The notes: generated by a model not told the origin, from the letters alone. Shown: positions 43,577-56,200, counted from the stretch's first letter. The stretch is 64,000 bases of DNA from Thecamonas trahens ATCC 50062 (GCF_000142905.1 NW_013657664.1:474445-538444), one strand, 5' to 3'. A program made the numbers and translations.

Positions 43577-45525
43577 ATGGCTTCGCTAACAGCGGTGGTG
43601 GGCTTGTTGCAGGAGCGGGATGCTCGGCAGTCTGCACGGTGGGCGCCTCTCATTCATCGGCGTATGTGGAGATGTGAAAGGGAGGCGGGAGGGTGCGGGG
43701 AGAGGGAAGGGGGGGTGTAGGGGTGGGTGGGGGGGGTAGGGGTATGGGGGCGGGGAAAGGGGGGGAAGGGGGGGGGTGGTGGGTGTGTGTGAGAGGTTCT
43801 GTACTCATAGGTATGTGTCGGTGTGGTGGTTGGCTGTGTGTGGTTGGCTGGGTGTGGTTGGCTTGGGTGTGGTTGGCTTGGGTGTGGCGGCTTCACGGGA
43901 GAATAGACTCGGTGCTGGTGGCACAGATGGAGAGGATGCGGACGCGGAATGCACAGCTGGAGCACATGCTGCGAAACGCAGGGAGTGGGTCGCCGGCAGG
44001 GACACCGAGCGGAGGGATGGGGGGCGGCGGGGCAAGCTCGGGGAGCGCGACAGGCGGGCTTAATGGATCAAGCTCGGCGGGCGACGCGATGGCGGTGGCG
44101 CAGCTGCAGGCCAAGGCCAACGAGCTCAACGCAGAGCTCAACGATCGGTACAAGGAGCTACTGAACACGCAGCAGGCGCTGCGGGCGGCTGAGGAGGGCC
44201 TCGCTGGGAAGGAGAGCGAGCTGGAAGCGGCCAAGGCGCGGATTTGCGAGCTGGAAGCGCAGCTCGAGCGCATGGCGCGCGAGAAGGAGACGTCGGACGT
44301 GACGTCGATGGCACTCGGCGACGAGCTGAGGCTGCTGCAGATGGAGCTGATCCGAGTGGAGGAGGCGAACTCGAAGCTGAAGGAGGAGAACGAGGAGCTT
44401 GTCTCGCGGTGGCTGCAGAAGGCCGCCGAGGACGCCGAGAAGCTCAACGAGGCGAACATGTTCTACCAGTCGATGGTGAGCCAGCGCGAGTCGCTCGAGT
44501 TGCAGGCAGCAGCGGTGAGCAACGTGACCGGAACGGTCGACATGTCGGGCTCGGGCGAGTCGCTGCTGGACGCGATGGCCGGAGCGTCGTCGTCAAGCGG
44601 GGCGTACAGCGGGTCGGGCTTTGTTGTGGTCCCCACGCGGGCGCGGCGGACCGTGGCAGCGCATGGGGGCGAGGGTCACTCTGTTGGATACGCGCCCAAC
44701 TCGGACATGCTCGCGACTGGCGGGTCGGACAAGGCCATCAAGCTCTTTGATGCGCGGTCTGGTGAGCACCAGTTCTCGCTCCGCGGCTACTCGGCGGCGG
44801 TCTACTGCACGCGGTTCTCGCCGACGGGAGAGTTTGTACTCGGCGCGTCGGCTGACGAGTCGATCCGGGTCTTTGACGTGGCGACGCAGCGGCCGCGGCA
44901 CACGCTCACGGGCCACACGGCCAAGATCTACGCGGCTGACTTTTCGACCGACGGCTCGCTTGCGGTCTCGGGCTCGCACGACCGAACGCTCAAGGTGTGG
45001 GACCTCGCGCGTGGGTACTGCTCGCGGACCATCATGTGCTACTCGTCGTGCAACGATGTGTCGGTCTCGATTGACTCGGGCGTGGTCGCGTCGGGCCACC
45101 ACAACGGGACGGTGGCGTTCTGGGACACCCGGTCCGGCGACGTCTCGCACATGATCAAGGGCGCGGCGTCGAAGCAGGTGACGTGCGTCGAGTACTCGCC
45201 CGACGGCGACTCGCTGCTCATCAACTCGCGCGATAACTGCCTCACTCTCTTTGACACCCGGACCCACCAGGTGGCTATGACCTACGAGGCGCAGGGCTTT
45301 TCGACCGGACTCAACTACGCGCGGGCGACGTTCTCGCCGGACGGCGCGTTTGTGGCCGCAGGCTCTGCGTCTGGCGAGGTGTACGTGTGGAACGCGGCGT
45401 CGGGCGCACTCACCACTGTGCTCGAGGGCGGGCACACGGCTGCGGTGGCGTGCGTCGCCTGGCGGCCGAGCGGGCGGTCGCTGGCCTCGCTCTCGCGCGA
45501 CGGCGGGCTTGTGGTGTGGGAGTAG
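43577..45525 (+). CDS. ATG16L: Autophagy protein ATG16 (coiled coil + WD40); exons 43577-43661 and 43907-45525
   Basis: N-terminal LQERDARQ helix, LGDEL...LKEENEELVSRWLQKAAEDAEKLNEAN, WD40 repeats including VSGSHDRTLKVWDL. Confidence 0.9.
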
Positions 45526-45552
45526 AGTAAAGACAGGAGGTGCGGTGTCGTA

Positions 45553-48500
45553 TCATGTTTGGGTGAGGGCGGCTAGCGTGGCGGCGGCGACGTCAGCGTC
45601 CGGCGAAACGACGGCGAGGACGGTGGTGACGTCGTGGGCGGCGGCCTCCTCCTCGAGGCGCTCGGCGGCAGAGACCGGATCGGCAAGCAGCTCGTGGCTG
45701 AGCTCGACAAAGCGGACCGAGCCGTGGCGCGGCTCAGCATCCGGATCGGGCGCGCCGGCAGTGGCGTGGACCACAACGTCGACGGTGACGATACTTGCCG
45801 GTGCAGCGTCGAGCGTGTACACCGCTTCCGTGGCCGAGGCCACCGGCGTTGGCGGGCTGCTGCCGATGCGGAGCGCTAGCGAGAGCTGGAAGCCCTCGAG
45901 CTCGAGCTCGTCTCCGGCCCAGACCAGATCTTGGAGGGCGCGGAAGACGAGGCCACGCTGGCCGACCACGCCGTGGAGGGCAAACGACTTGCCGGCGGCC
46001 GGCCCGCCAAAGACAACCACACCGACAGCACGGCCGGTAAGCGCGCTGCGGATGCTCGTCTCGACCGCTGGATATACCGCCACCTGCGGCGTGCCCGGCG
46101 GAAGGAGGGCTGCACACGATAGCGTTGTCCCGCGCCACACTGCAGTCGCCGCTGCCGCATCGAGCAGAAAGTCCGGAAGCTCGGCGCGGGCGAGGAGCAC
46201 GACGTCTGCGCCGATGCGGGAGCCGAGCTGGCGCGGCAGTGGAAGTTCGGCATCGGCGGCAGAGGTCTGCGCGTCCGACTCGGGCAGGAGCAACGCAGCG
46301 ACGATAGAGGCGGTGACAGCCTCGATGTCCGACTTGGCCATTACCGCCAGCGTCTCGGCGTCGCCGCGGAGGCGGGCGTGCTCGCGCGACAGTGCGCCGA
46401 CCTCGGCCTTGAGCGACTCGAGCGCGGCCAGCGTCTGGACAGTGTGCAGCTCGTGCATGCGGAGTCGCGACTCGAGTGTCCGTTCGCGGTGGTTGACATT
46501 GGGAGAGGTGATGGTTGGTGGGTCGAGCTCGGGAGAGGGCTTGCGGGAGTGGCGGCGGCGGCGGCGGCGCTTGTGGGAGGTGAGATCACCATCTGTGGGG
46601 CAGCCGTCGTAGCTTGCGCTGTGGTCGGGGACGGGCTCGGGCTCGGGAGAGGGCTTGTGAGAGTGGCGGCGGCGGCGGCGGCGCTTGTGGGAGGGCGCAT
46701 CATAGGCAGAGTGGCCGTCGTGACTTGCGCTGTGGTCAGGCTCGGGCTCGGGAGAGGGGGAGGGCTCGGGCTCGGGAGAGGGCTTGTGAGAGTGGCGGCG
46801 GCGGCGGCGGGGCTTGCGGGAGGCGAGGGCATCATCGGCAGAGCGACCATTGCGGCTTGCGTTGTACCCGGGATCGGGTTGAGGTTCTGGCTCGTGCTCA
46901 TGCTCGGGCTTGTGCTCGTGCTCGGCCTTGGGCTCGGGTTCAGACTCGGGCTTGCGAGACGGCTTGCGAGAGTGGCGGCGGCGGCGGCGGCGCTTGTGGG
47001 AGGCAGGGTCATCATAGGCAGAGCGGTTGTCGTGGCTTGCGTTGTCCTCGGGCTCGGGTTGTGGCTCGGGTTGTGGCTCGGGCTCGGGATCAGACTCGAG
47101 CTTGCGAGACGGCTTGCGAGAGTGGCGGCGGCGGCGGCGCTTGTGGGAGGCACGGTCATCATAGACAGAGCGGCCGTCGTTACTCTCGTCATGCTCAGGC
47201 TCGGGTTGTGGCTCGGGTTGTGGCTCGGGTTGTGGCTCGGGCTCAGGCTCGGGCTTGGGCTGAGGCTTTCGAGAGCGATGACGGTGCCGCTTGCGTGAAG
47301 GCCGGGTGCTGACTAGCAGCGGGTCAAAGTCGTGTTCCGGCTCAGAGGCAGATGTCTTTTGGCTCTTGCGTCGACGGTGCGACCGCCGGCGCCGCCAGCG
47401 CCCATCAACCAGAACCAAGTTGGGATCCGCCGTCGGGTCTACAGCTGGCAGTGCAGCAGCGGTAGCACTCACACTCTCAGCGTCGGCAAGCCGCTCCAAG
47501 CTGGCGCTGTGCTTTTGCGGCGGCGGCGGCGCTTCTTGGACGCGGACTCGCGCGGGCGGCGCTCCGGCGACGGAGGACGACGATCAAGCTCGTCGAGTAG
47601 CAGATGGCGCCTGGCCGCGGGCGTAACCGGATCAAGTACGCCAAGAACCGCCGCACGGGTCGAGTCGTCCATCGGGGCAAGTAGAGCGTGGTCGTACGCC
47701 CGCATGGCGTCGTTGTCGATGCTTGTTACGTCAGCACCAGCTCGCACAAGTCGCGCGATGCACGCGCCCGAGCCCGCATGTGCCGCCCAGTGCAGCGGCG
47801 TGTGCTTGGAGGTGTCAATCGAGTTGACGTCGGCCGGCGGTGTGGCGGCAAGCAGTGCCGCAACAGCAGCACCAGCACCGGCAAACGCGGCGCAGTGCAG
47901 CGGTGAGGAGCCGACGGCGTCGGCGGCATCAGCATGCGCGCCCGAGGAGAGCAGCTCGGCGAGCGCCGACACGTTGTTGGTCGCAGCTGCAAGATGAATC
48001 GGCTGCCGCATGTTGGCGTCCTGCACCACTGGCGAGGCGCCTGCGTCCAGTAGCGCCCGGAGCATTGGGGCCTCGGCACCGTTTTCCACCGCAATATACA
48101 GCAGCGGGCCACACGAGAACGCATCCGGCAGCGGATTGGCGTGGACAACCGAAGGGCCGCGCCCAGAATGGGCGCCAAGGTAGCAAGCGAGTTGGAGACT
48201 ACAGCGTAGAACGCAACCGAGTTGGCCTCGACATCGGTGGCAAACGGCGAAGCCGCGTGCGCAAGGAGCACCCCGACCAGCGCCGGGTTGGCCTCGCGTG
48301 CGGCCCACATCAGTGGCGTCCGGCCCTCGCTATCCTTGGCATCGACCGGAGAGCCGGCAGCAACCAGCGTGCCGGCTGTTGCCGCCGCACCGTCACCACC
48401 AAACGCCGCCAGATGCAGCGGCAGTGCGCCGCGGACGTCCTTGGCAGCGACAGCCTCCCGAGCGGCCAGCTCGTCGAGGCTCGCCAGAACAACCGCCGCT

Positions 48501-49099
48501 GCCGCCGCCGCACCGCCAGCAGCAGCAAGATGCAGCGGTGTGCAGCCGTCGGCATCGCGGGTGGCAGAATCTGCGCCGGCATCAAGCACCAGCGCCACTA
48601 CATCGGCGGCGTTGTGCAAAGCAGCATAGTGGAGCGGAGTTCGACCGTGGACATCAAGCGAGTCACAGATGGCAGAGACGCCCGAGCGATCACTGAGAAA
48701 AGCCATCAGCGGAGCATTGCCCGACATGGCCGCCCAGTGCGGGAGAGTCTCTGGCAGCGGCAGGAGCTCCGACAAGAGCGCCACCAACTCGACAACCCTG
48801 GCATGCGGTCTCGCAGTTGTTGCCCACATAAAGACGTCATTCCCGGCATGATCCCGAGCATCAGCAAGAGTCTTGACCACGGCATCCATGCCACCATCAC
48901 CAGCAGTTCGCGATGCAGTCGCCAGCACAGCCGCAACCATAGCAGGGTGACCCGATGCAGCAGCGACCATCAGCACGTTCCGCCCGTCGTTGTCCCCGAC
49001 CAGCAACTCGTCCAGCAACTCGACCTTGGCCAGCTCCGCCTGCCCAGTCTCACCCTCCCGCACAGCAGCATGAAGTTCTGCATACTCTCCGCGACCCAT
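45553..49099 (-). CDS. Ankyrin-repeat protein fused to a basic/acidic repeat linker, a coiled coil and a degenerate kinesin-like domain; frame breaks at ~48155 and ~47515
   Basis: GRTPLHYAA, GCTPLHLAA, HTPLHWAA; three ORFs join by -1 shifts at homopolymers; C-terminal SALTG...FGGPAAGKSFALHG...GLVFRA. Confidence 0.7.
46530..47290 (-). repeat. Coding tandem repeat (SHKRRRRRHSRKPS-EPEP-ASHDGRSAYDD), ~5-6 variable-length units
   Basis: Visible in DNA and protein. Confidence 0.9.
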
Positions 49100-49502
49100 A
49101 GGTGGAGAACGAGGAAGAGAGGGGGGGGGGGGTATGTGGGTGGTGGGGAGAGCGGTGGTGGGCCGAGCGGGAAGGGGGAGGGAGAGGGGGGAGGGGGGGT
49201 GACAGTTGGGAGTGCGCATGGGCCGGGGGGGGGGGGGGGGGGGGGGGGGGGGAGCTTGGGCGGCAGGGCGGCAGGGGATCGGCGGCAGGAAAGTGGCAGA
49301 TGGAGTGTATGTGGGGACTATGTGTATGTAGGAAGTGTCGTGGTGGGGTGGTTGACCACAGTCGACGGCTAGCAGCCATGTCTCGGCCTGTGGCCTCCGT
49401 GCTCGCCCCGGATGTGCGACTTGGCATGCGATGGCAACTCGGGCGCGTTGCCTGGGCCACGCGGTGGAGAGCGACAGGGGGAACCTCTTCTCGCCACAAG
49501 TC

Positions 49503-50924
49503 ATGTCAGCCGACCCATGCGGCGAGGGGCAAGAGGGGAAGGTGGATGCGGGCGGAAGTGGCGCGCTGCGGGTGTGGGGTGGGCTGTCGGGGACAAGCGC
49601 GCTGGCGTCAGGCGCGGCAGCGATACCTGAGGTGGGCAAGGAGGTGCTGGAGCTGGCGGATGTGATGCAGGTGGACGAGCTGCGGGTGGACGACATCGAG
49701 TTTGATCTCGAGAGTGCAGAGTCGTTTGAAGAATCGGCCGGCCGGTATGTGCGGCAGGCGTGGATGCTGGCATCTGACGAGGATCGCGTCACCTTTGAGA
49801 TGAAGCGGAAGCGGGCGGCAGTCGAAGCAGAGTACGGCGGCCAGATTGCTGAGATTGAGGAACAGATCGAGGAAGCCAAGAAGCGATTGGAGGATGCGAC
49901 GTCCATCGAGTGGCTGAAAGGGCGAAAGAAGCGGCTGCAAAACGCGCTGGGCGTGCCGACGTTGCCCGACCAAGTCATCGAGGCGCGCCGCCGCGAGCTG
50001 GTCCACGTCCTCGCTGCCATCAGCGAGCACCGCGACCATCCCATGGTTTGGGTGGTTGGTGCGCTGGAAAAGGCGCGCGACTCGCTGCTGCGGTCAACTC
50101 AGCTCGGACCGCTCGACGCGGCCGTCAAGGCCATCCACCGCGCCAAGTCGTCTCACGGCCGGACGGGGCATCGCTTCGAAGCATGGTGTGCTGAGTTTGT
50201 GGCCTCTTGGATCCCGTCGCGCAGAGCCGCGCTTGGCATCGTCCCGGGCACTTGTGGATGGCACATCCTCATCTCAGCCACCATGTACCGTGGCGAGTCA
50301 CCTCCGGAGCGATCCAAGATGGAGTTTGACGTTGTTGTTGTTCGCGAGACGGGCGCGCTCGACGGCGACGGGCCTGACGCGGCGCGGCATGTCGCTGTCG
50401 AGTGGGTGTTTGAGGCCAAGCTCTCCCCGTCGGATTTGCGCGGCGACTTGCCAGGCATGGCACGCGCGCTGACATGGTACACCGGGTGCAGGATGGGCGG
50501 GCGGGGAAAGCCGTTTGCCACTGCGCCTGTGTTTTGCCAGCGGAAGAAGACCCCGTTCTATGTCGACAGCACATCGTTTGACGTTTTCCGTGCTGTGGAG
50601 AGCACACCTGCAGCCGAAGCCGCGCTTGGCATCGACTTTGGCCGGGTCGTCTACCTCACGCTCCCACTCCGGCGAGTCTCCATGATCACACCGCCGGCGC
50701 TGCACATCACCGCCATGGATCTTGCGCTCCGCCACCCGCAGTTCTCGCTCGACGACACCTCGTACCTCCGCGATGTCTACCACACATGGCTCCCTGCGCT
50801 CTCGACCGAATGGGGTCCGCCAAGCGTCACCACAGCCCTCATCGAGAGCATCGTCGGGCGCGGCAACGTGTGGATGTTTGACGAGTCTCTCCTTGTTGTC
50901 ACGCCGGACTCGGTTGTTCAGTAG
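49503..50924 (+). CDS. Coiled coil + PD-(D/E)XK (restriction-endonuclease-fold) nuclease-like protein
   Basis: GHRFEAW...EFDVVVV...VFEAK motif order. Confidence 0.6.
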   Translation: MSADPCGEGQEGKVDAGGSGALRVWGGLSGTSALASGAAAIPEVGKEVLELADVMQVDELRVDDIEFDLESAESFEESAGRYVRQAWMLASDEDRVTFEMKRKRAAVEAEYGGQIAEIEEQIEEAKKRLEDATSIEWLKGRKKRLQNALGVPTLPDQVIEARRRELVHVLAAISEHRDHPMVWVVGALEKARDSLLRSTQLGPLDAAVKAIHRAKSSHGRTGHRFEAWCAEFVASWIPSRRAALGIVPGTCGWHILISATMYRGESPPERSKMEFDVVVVRETGALDGDGPDAARHVAVEWVFEAKLSPSDLRGDLPGMARALTWYTGCRMGGRGKPFATAPVFCQRKKTPFYVDSTSFDVFRAVESTPAAEAALGIDFGRVVYLTLPLRRVSMITPPALHITAMDLALRHPQFSLDDTSYLRDVYHTWLPALSTEWGPPSVTTALIESIVGRGNVWMFDESLLVVTPDSVVQ

Positions 50925-51192
50925 CGGATGTGCGGCGGCCGTGATCTGAACCAGGGGGCGTGGGTTCTGTCGAGCTGTTCGCGAGCCGAGGCGCACGGAC
51001 GATGCATGGCCTTGGCTCGCGTGCGAGTGGCCGAGTTGATTTCCATTTCGTCCCAAAAAAAATTGACCGCGCGAATGGCACCCGAAAAGAAAGGCGGGGA
51101 AAAGGAGCACGGTGGAGGAGGGGGAAGACAAGGAAGGCCGACGGGCAGGGGAAGACATTCCACCCCTCTACAAGCAGAAGCAAGCATTGAAG

Positions 51193-53150
51193 ATGGCGGA
51201 CTACGGGAGTATGAAGGTGGCCGAGCTGCGTGACGAGTGCGCGGCAGCCGGGCTGGAGACCAAGGGCAGGAAGGCACAGCTGGTGGCGCGGCTGGAGGCT
51301 CATGCGGCCGCAGGCGCTGTAAAGAACTGGTCCAAGATGAAGGTCGCCGAGCTGCGTGACGAGTGCGCGGCAGCCGGGCTGGAGACCAAGGGCAGAAAGG
51401 CACAGCTGGTGGCGCGGCTGGAGGCTCATGCGGCCACAGGTGCTGGCAGCAGCAGCGGCAGCGCGAAGGACTGGTCCAAGATGAAGGTCGCCGAACTGCG
51501 TGACGAGTGCGCGGCAGCCGGGCTGGAGACCAAGGGCAAGAAGGCGGAGCTGGTGGCGCGGCTGGAGGCCGGGGCAGGCGGAGCGGCGGCAGCGGCGGCG
51601 CCGAGCAAGAAGCGCAAGCGCGCGGCCGGATCGGGAGGAAGCGCAGCGGCAGCAGCGGCGCCGGCGACCAAGAAGGCGGCCACGCCGGCAGCAAAGGCCA
51701 AGGCTGGCAAGGTGCCCAAGGTCGATGCGTTCGCCAACGTGCCGCCCGGCTCGCGGGTCCTTTCCGTCGACGGTGAGATCTTCTCGGCCATGCTCAACCA
51801 GGTCAACCTCTCTGCGGGCGTGTACGGGAACAACAAGTTCTACGCGCTGCAGGCGATCCAAGGCCCGTCGAGGTACTACGCCTTCTTCCGGTGGGGCCGG
51901 GTTGGCGAGAGCGGCAAGACCAAGCTTGTGTCGTGCTCGACGGCCGAAGCGGCGATCAAGGAGTACCGCGCCAAGTACAAGGCCAAGACCAAGAAGTACA
52001 CAGTGATGGAGATGGCGGACGACGATGGTGATGAGGATGAGCTTGCGGCGGCACTCGACGCGGTTGCCGGTGCGTCGGGCACGGCCAAAAAGTCAAGCCA
52101 TGCACGCTCTCCAAGGCCGTTCGTGACACTGTGGAGCTCATCTTTGACTCGGACATGTTCAAATCGTCGATGACCAAGCTCGGGCTCGATACCAAGCGCA
52201 TGCCGCTGGGCAAGATCTCGACGACGCAGGTGGCCAAGGCACGGGCAGTGCTCGGCAAGCTCAAGGCGGCTATTGACTCGGGTAACCGCAGCGGCATGAC
52301 GTCCCACTCGTCGACCTTCTACACGCTTGTCCCGCACGCCTTCTCGCGCTCGCAGCGGCCGCCGGTCCTCTCGTCGCACGAGGCCGTGACGCAAAAGATG
52401 CAGATGCTCGACGTGCTCGACGACATCCAGTCGGCACAGGCTGCACTCAAGAAGGCGGCCAAGGCCGAGCAGAGTGCTAAGGAGGAGCTTGTCCCGCACC
52501 CGCTCGACGTCAAGTTCAACGGCCTCGACATCGACATGGAGGCGCTCGACAAGAGCTCGGACGACTACAAGCTCCTCGCCAAGTACTTCAACAACACGCT
52601 CGCCTCGAACCGATTCAAGATCGCCGACATTTTTGCTGTCTCGCGCCACTCGGCCGACGAGCGGTTTGCGCAGCACGACGCGCTCGGTGAGCGCCACCTG
52701 CTCTTCCACTCGACCAACGTCGCCGTGGTCGCCGCCATCCTCAAGTCGGGCCTTCGCATCATGCCCTCGGCTGGCGGCCGCGTCGGCAAGTCGCTCTACC
52801 ACGCATCGATGGCTCAGAAGTCGGCCCAGTACATCCGCACCGCTCCGGATGGCGAGGGCTTCTTCTTCCTCGACGAGGTTGTCATGGGCAGGACCTCGGA
52901 GCTTCTTGCCGACGACTGGTCGCTCCGCGCCCCGCCCTCGGGCTACGACTCGATCCGTGCCATGGGCACCATCGAGCCCGACCCCAAGGACGACGTCGTG
53001 CTCGACCTCGACGGCCACAGCGTCCGCGTTCCGGCCGGCAAGCCCAAGTCGACCAAGTACAGCTCGTCGCGGTTCCACCACTCGGAGTACTGTGTCTTTG
53101 ACGAGACCCGTGTCCGCATCCGCTACCTCATCAAGGTCTGCCGCAAGTGA
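51193..53150 (+). CDS. PARP3-like ADP-ribosyltransferase with three SAP domains, WGR, regulatory and catalytic domains; frame break at ~52089
   Basis: 3x MKVAELRDECAAAGLETKG.KA.LVARLE; NNKFY, RWGRVGE; MPLGKIS, FYTLVPH; VAAILKSGLRIMP..GGRVGK, KSAQY, SEY. Confidence 0.92.
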
Positions 53151-53206
53151 TGTCGCTTCGCCCCGCGTAATGAACGCAAACTAAGTGTCAAGACGTGGTG
53201 ACATGT

Positions 53207-56200
53207 TCAATATCTTGTCTTCTTGGTCAGATACCGGTCACCACCGACTGTGGCGTCGGCTGGGTCGCCTCCGTCGCCGTCATCATCATCATCATCGTCG
53301 TCGTCGTCCGCAAAGAACCCATCGGTTGACGACGAGCCACGGGCCTCATCAGTCTCATCCTCCGCGTCATCGTCATCGGTAACCGACTCGAGGACGACGA
53401 CGGTCTTCTTGTGGACGGTCACCTTTTTGGTGGACTCGTTGCGGAGCTCGACCAGGGCGGCGTCAATCTCCTTGTCCTCCTTGGTCCGCCCCCGGCGCAT
53501 TAGGAAGAGGCAGAGAGCAAAGATGCAGAGACAGAGAAGGACTGAGCCAATGGCAGCCAGGATGATGGTCCACGGCGACGCCTTGGACTGCGACGCGCAT
53601 GTGGCCGGCGAGTCTTGTCCGTGCGGGACACAGGCAAAGGCGCAGTTGACGACCTGGCCAAAAGCACACGCCGGAATGACTCGGAACGAGTACGCCACGT
53701 GGTCGACGGCAAACCGGGCGGCAGCGGCGGTGCTTGTCGAGCCACCGTGGCGGGCACGAACAGCGACCCAGCCGACACGGAGGGCGCGCATGGTGAGGCT
53801 AACCGAATCTGCACCAGGCTCGATGCGGGCGTTGGCGACGGCGCGGTGCCCGAGTTCGCGAGCGAGACCTCGCCCGAGCCGGATGTCACGACCTCGACCT
53901 CGAGGAGCTCACCGGTCGGGACAGGCGAGGTGAGGGCGATGGTGATGGTTCGCTCGGTGTCGATGACAAGGTCGCGATCAACCTGCGAGATGTATGTGAT
54001 GCCGTCGTGGTCTAGAACCTCGATCGACGCCAGCAGGGCCTTGGGGTCGGCGTACTGGAGCGCCGCCGACGATGCAGCAGCATCGACGTTGACGTCGAGG
54101 TGAATGGTGCCAGTCCTTGTTGCGCTCGTCGAGGCAAGACCGAAGCTGACCGACTGCGCTGCAGTGGCCAAGGTTAAGCTGGTCGAGCCGCGCAGCTCAA
54201 ACGGTGCGGTCGACTCGGCACGGTCTGACGGCGCAACGTTGACCACGAGCGCCTGCGAGGTTGAGCGCGGAGCATAGGGAAGGCCGAGGACAAAGTCCTT
54301 CGCGGTGGCGCCGACGAGGATCCACCGCGGCGCGGCGATGACAACCAGTGGGTCCGGCTCGCGGACCACCACGGGCTCTGACGTGATGGTTGTCCCTCCA
54401 GCCGACGCGGGCAGAGTGATGCTCACCGGCACACCGGTGTAGTTGACGGTATGAGACGTGACTGCCAGCGCGCCCGCCGGCGAGCCGGCCGCAAAGGTGA
54501 CCGACGCCGACTCGCCGAGGTCAACCGAGATCGGCGCGTTGTCGCCGAGCGGAGCCACCGGAACCGTGAGCGCCGCCGGCGGCTCAAAAGCGAGGAAGAA
54601 CGAGAGCGAGCATGCCTCGCCCACAAACAGCGGCGAGAGTGCACACTCGGCAAATGCAAAGGTCGGGAGGACGCGAGTGAGGTAGGTGCCGGCCAGCGAC
54701 GAGGCGTTGAACTGACCACCCGAGTTGCCGCCCACCACCACATTGCCGTATGCCCAGCCGACGGTGGCACCGGAGAGGTAGAGGCCAAAGCCCGAGACGC
54801 CGTCGACAGCGGTGACCGAGACCGCTGCCGGCGTGGTGGTCACTGAGCCTTGCTCCGCCACTGGGCGGATGGGGTCAACCGCGGCGGCGATTGTGAGTGT
54901 AAGCGTGCCCCTCGGCTGGACCGGCGCCGAGAGGGTAAAGTTGGTGGGGATTGCGGCACGCTGGCCGACGCGAACATACGCCGGGAGCGGTGCCAGGGTG
55001 ATGACAGCGTCGGTTTGCGGAACGACGGTGGTGACAACTTCTGCATACGCAGAGACGTTGAACTGCGCGAGTGCCGTACCCGAGGCGACAAAGCCGAGGG
55101 TGACGTTGCCGTAGACTGGCCCAGCGCCGAGCATAGTGAACGTGGCCTGCAGGGCACCGGCTGGGAAGAGCGCAGGCGTGTCGGCAAAGGTGACCAGACC
55201 CGGCCCGGCCAGGACCTCTGGGCTCAGCTCGAGCTCGGTCCCAAACTGCGGCGGCACAGTAAGCGTGACGGTGACAGTGATGACTGAGGTGGGAAAGGTG
55301 AGGATGAGCGGGCTGACAGAAGCGACGGTGCCCGAGCCGGGCACAACAGTGGTGACCGGGAGCGAGATAGTGGCAAAGTCGTAGTAGCTTGCAGCCGAGC
55401 CTGCAACGCCGGTGACTCTGATGGCAGCCTGCCCAAGCGTCACGCCATAAACCGTGATGTTGGCGGTAGAGGCACCGGCGGCAAAGACAATGACCTCTGT
55501 GCCGGGCGCAAAGGCGATGGAGCCGGCAGCGGCCGGGTCGGTGGCGAGTGTGAGCATGAGCGAGGTGCCGCACGGCACCGGGAGGGTAAGCGCAAAGATG
55601 ATTGGAGGCGAGGCAGCACCGGCGGCAAGCGTGGGCGGCGGATCGTGGACGACTGCGGCAGCCTTTGGCAGCGCAATTGAGAAGGTTTCAAGAGTACGTA
55701 CGCCGGCGTGGGTGGCCTCAACGCGGATTGTGTCCGACGTCGGCGCGGCAACAGCGTTGCGCTTGTAGTAGCCGACGGTGGCAAGTGCGGCGTTGACGTC
55801 GGCGACCGAGCCGTGGATAAGAAACGACGAGTGCGGCGTCAAGCTCGAGCCAACAATGACGTCAACGGCGGCGAGCGCCGCCGAGGCGGCGGATGCGAGG
55901 GTGGCGTTATCGGAGTGGGCAACGATCGGCTCAAAGGCCAGCCGCCCGGCCGAGGTGGAGACCGAGACGAGGATCGAGTCAGCGTCGACGTCAACGACGG
56001 CAAGAGGGTGGAGCGAGACTCGCGAGCCTGCCGGGCCGCCGGCAATGGAAGCGCCTGGCGGGAGGACAATGATCGGTCGGTCATCTACGGCGTAGATGGT
56101 CATGAGCGCAGTCTGCGCGAGCGCGGCAGAGACGCCGTCCGAGACAGTCCACGACCAGCGTTCAGTGCCGGAATAGTGCAGCGGCGGCTGGTACCAGAGC

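Noticed and set aside
43570-43582. Overlapping opposite-strand ATGs (CCATGG) as a shared start for SHLD2-like and ATG16
   Set aside because: Needs a weak GTATCC donor and would splice out the FLGA motif; unsupported without transcripts
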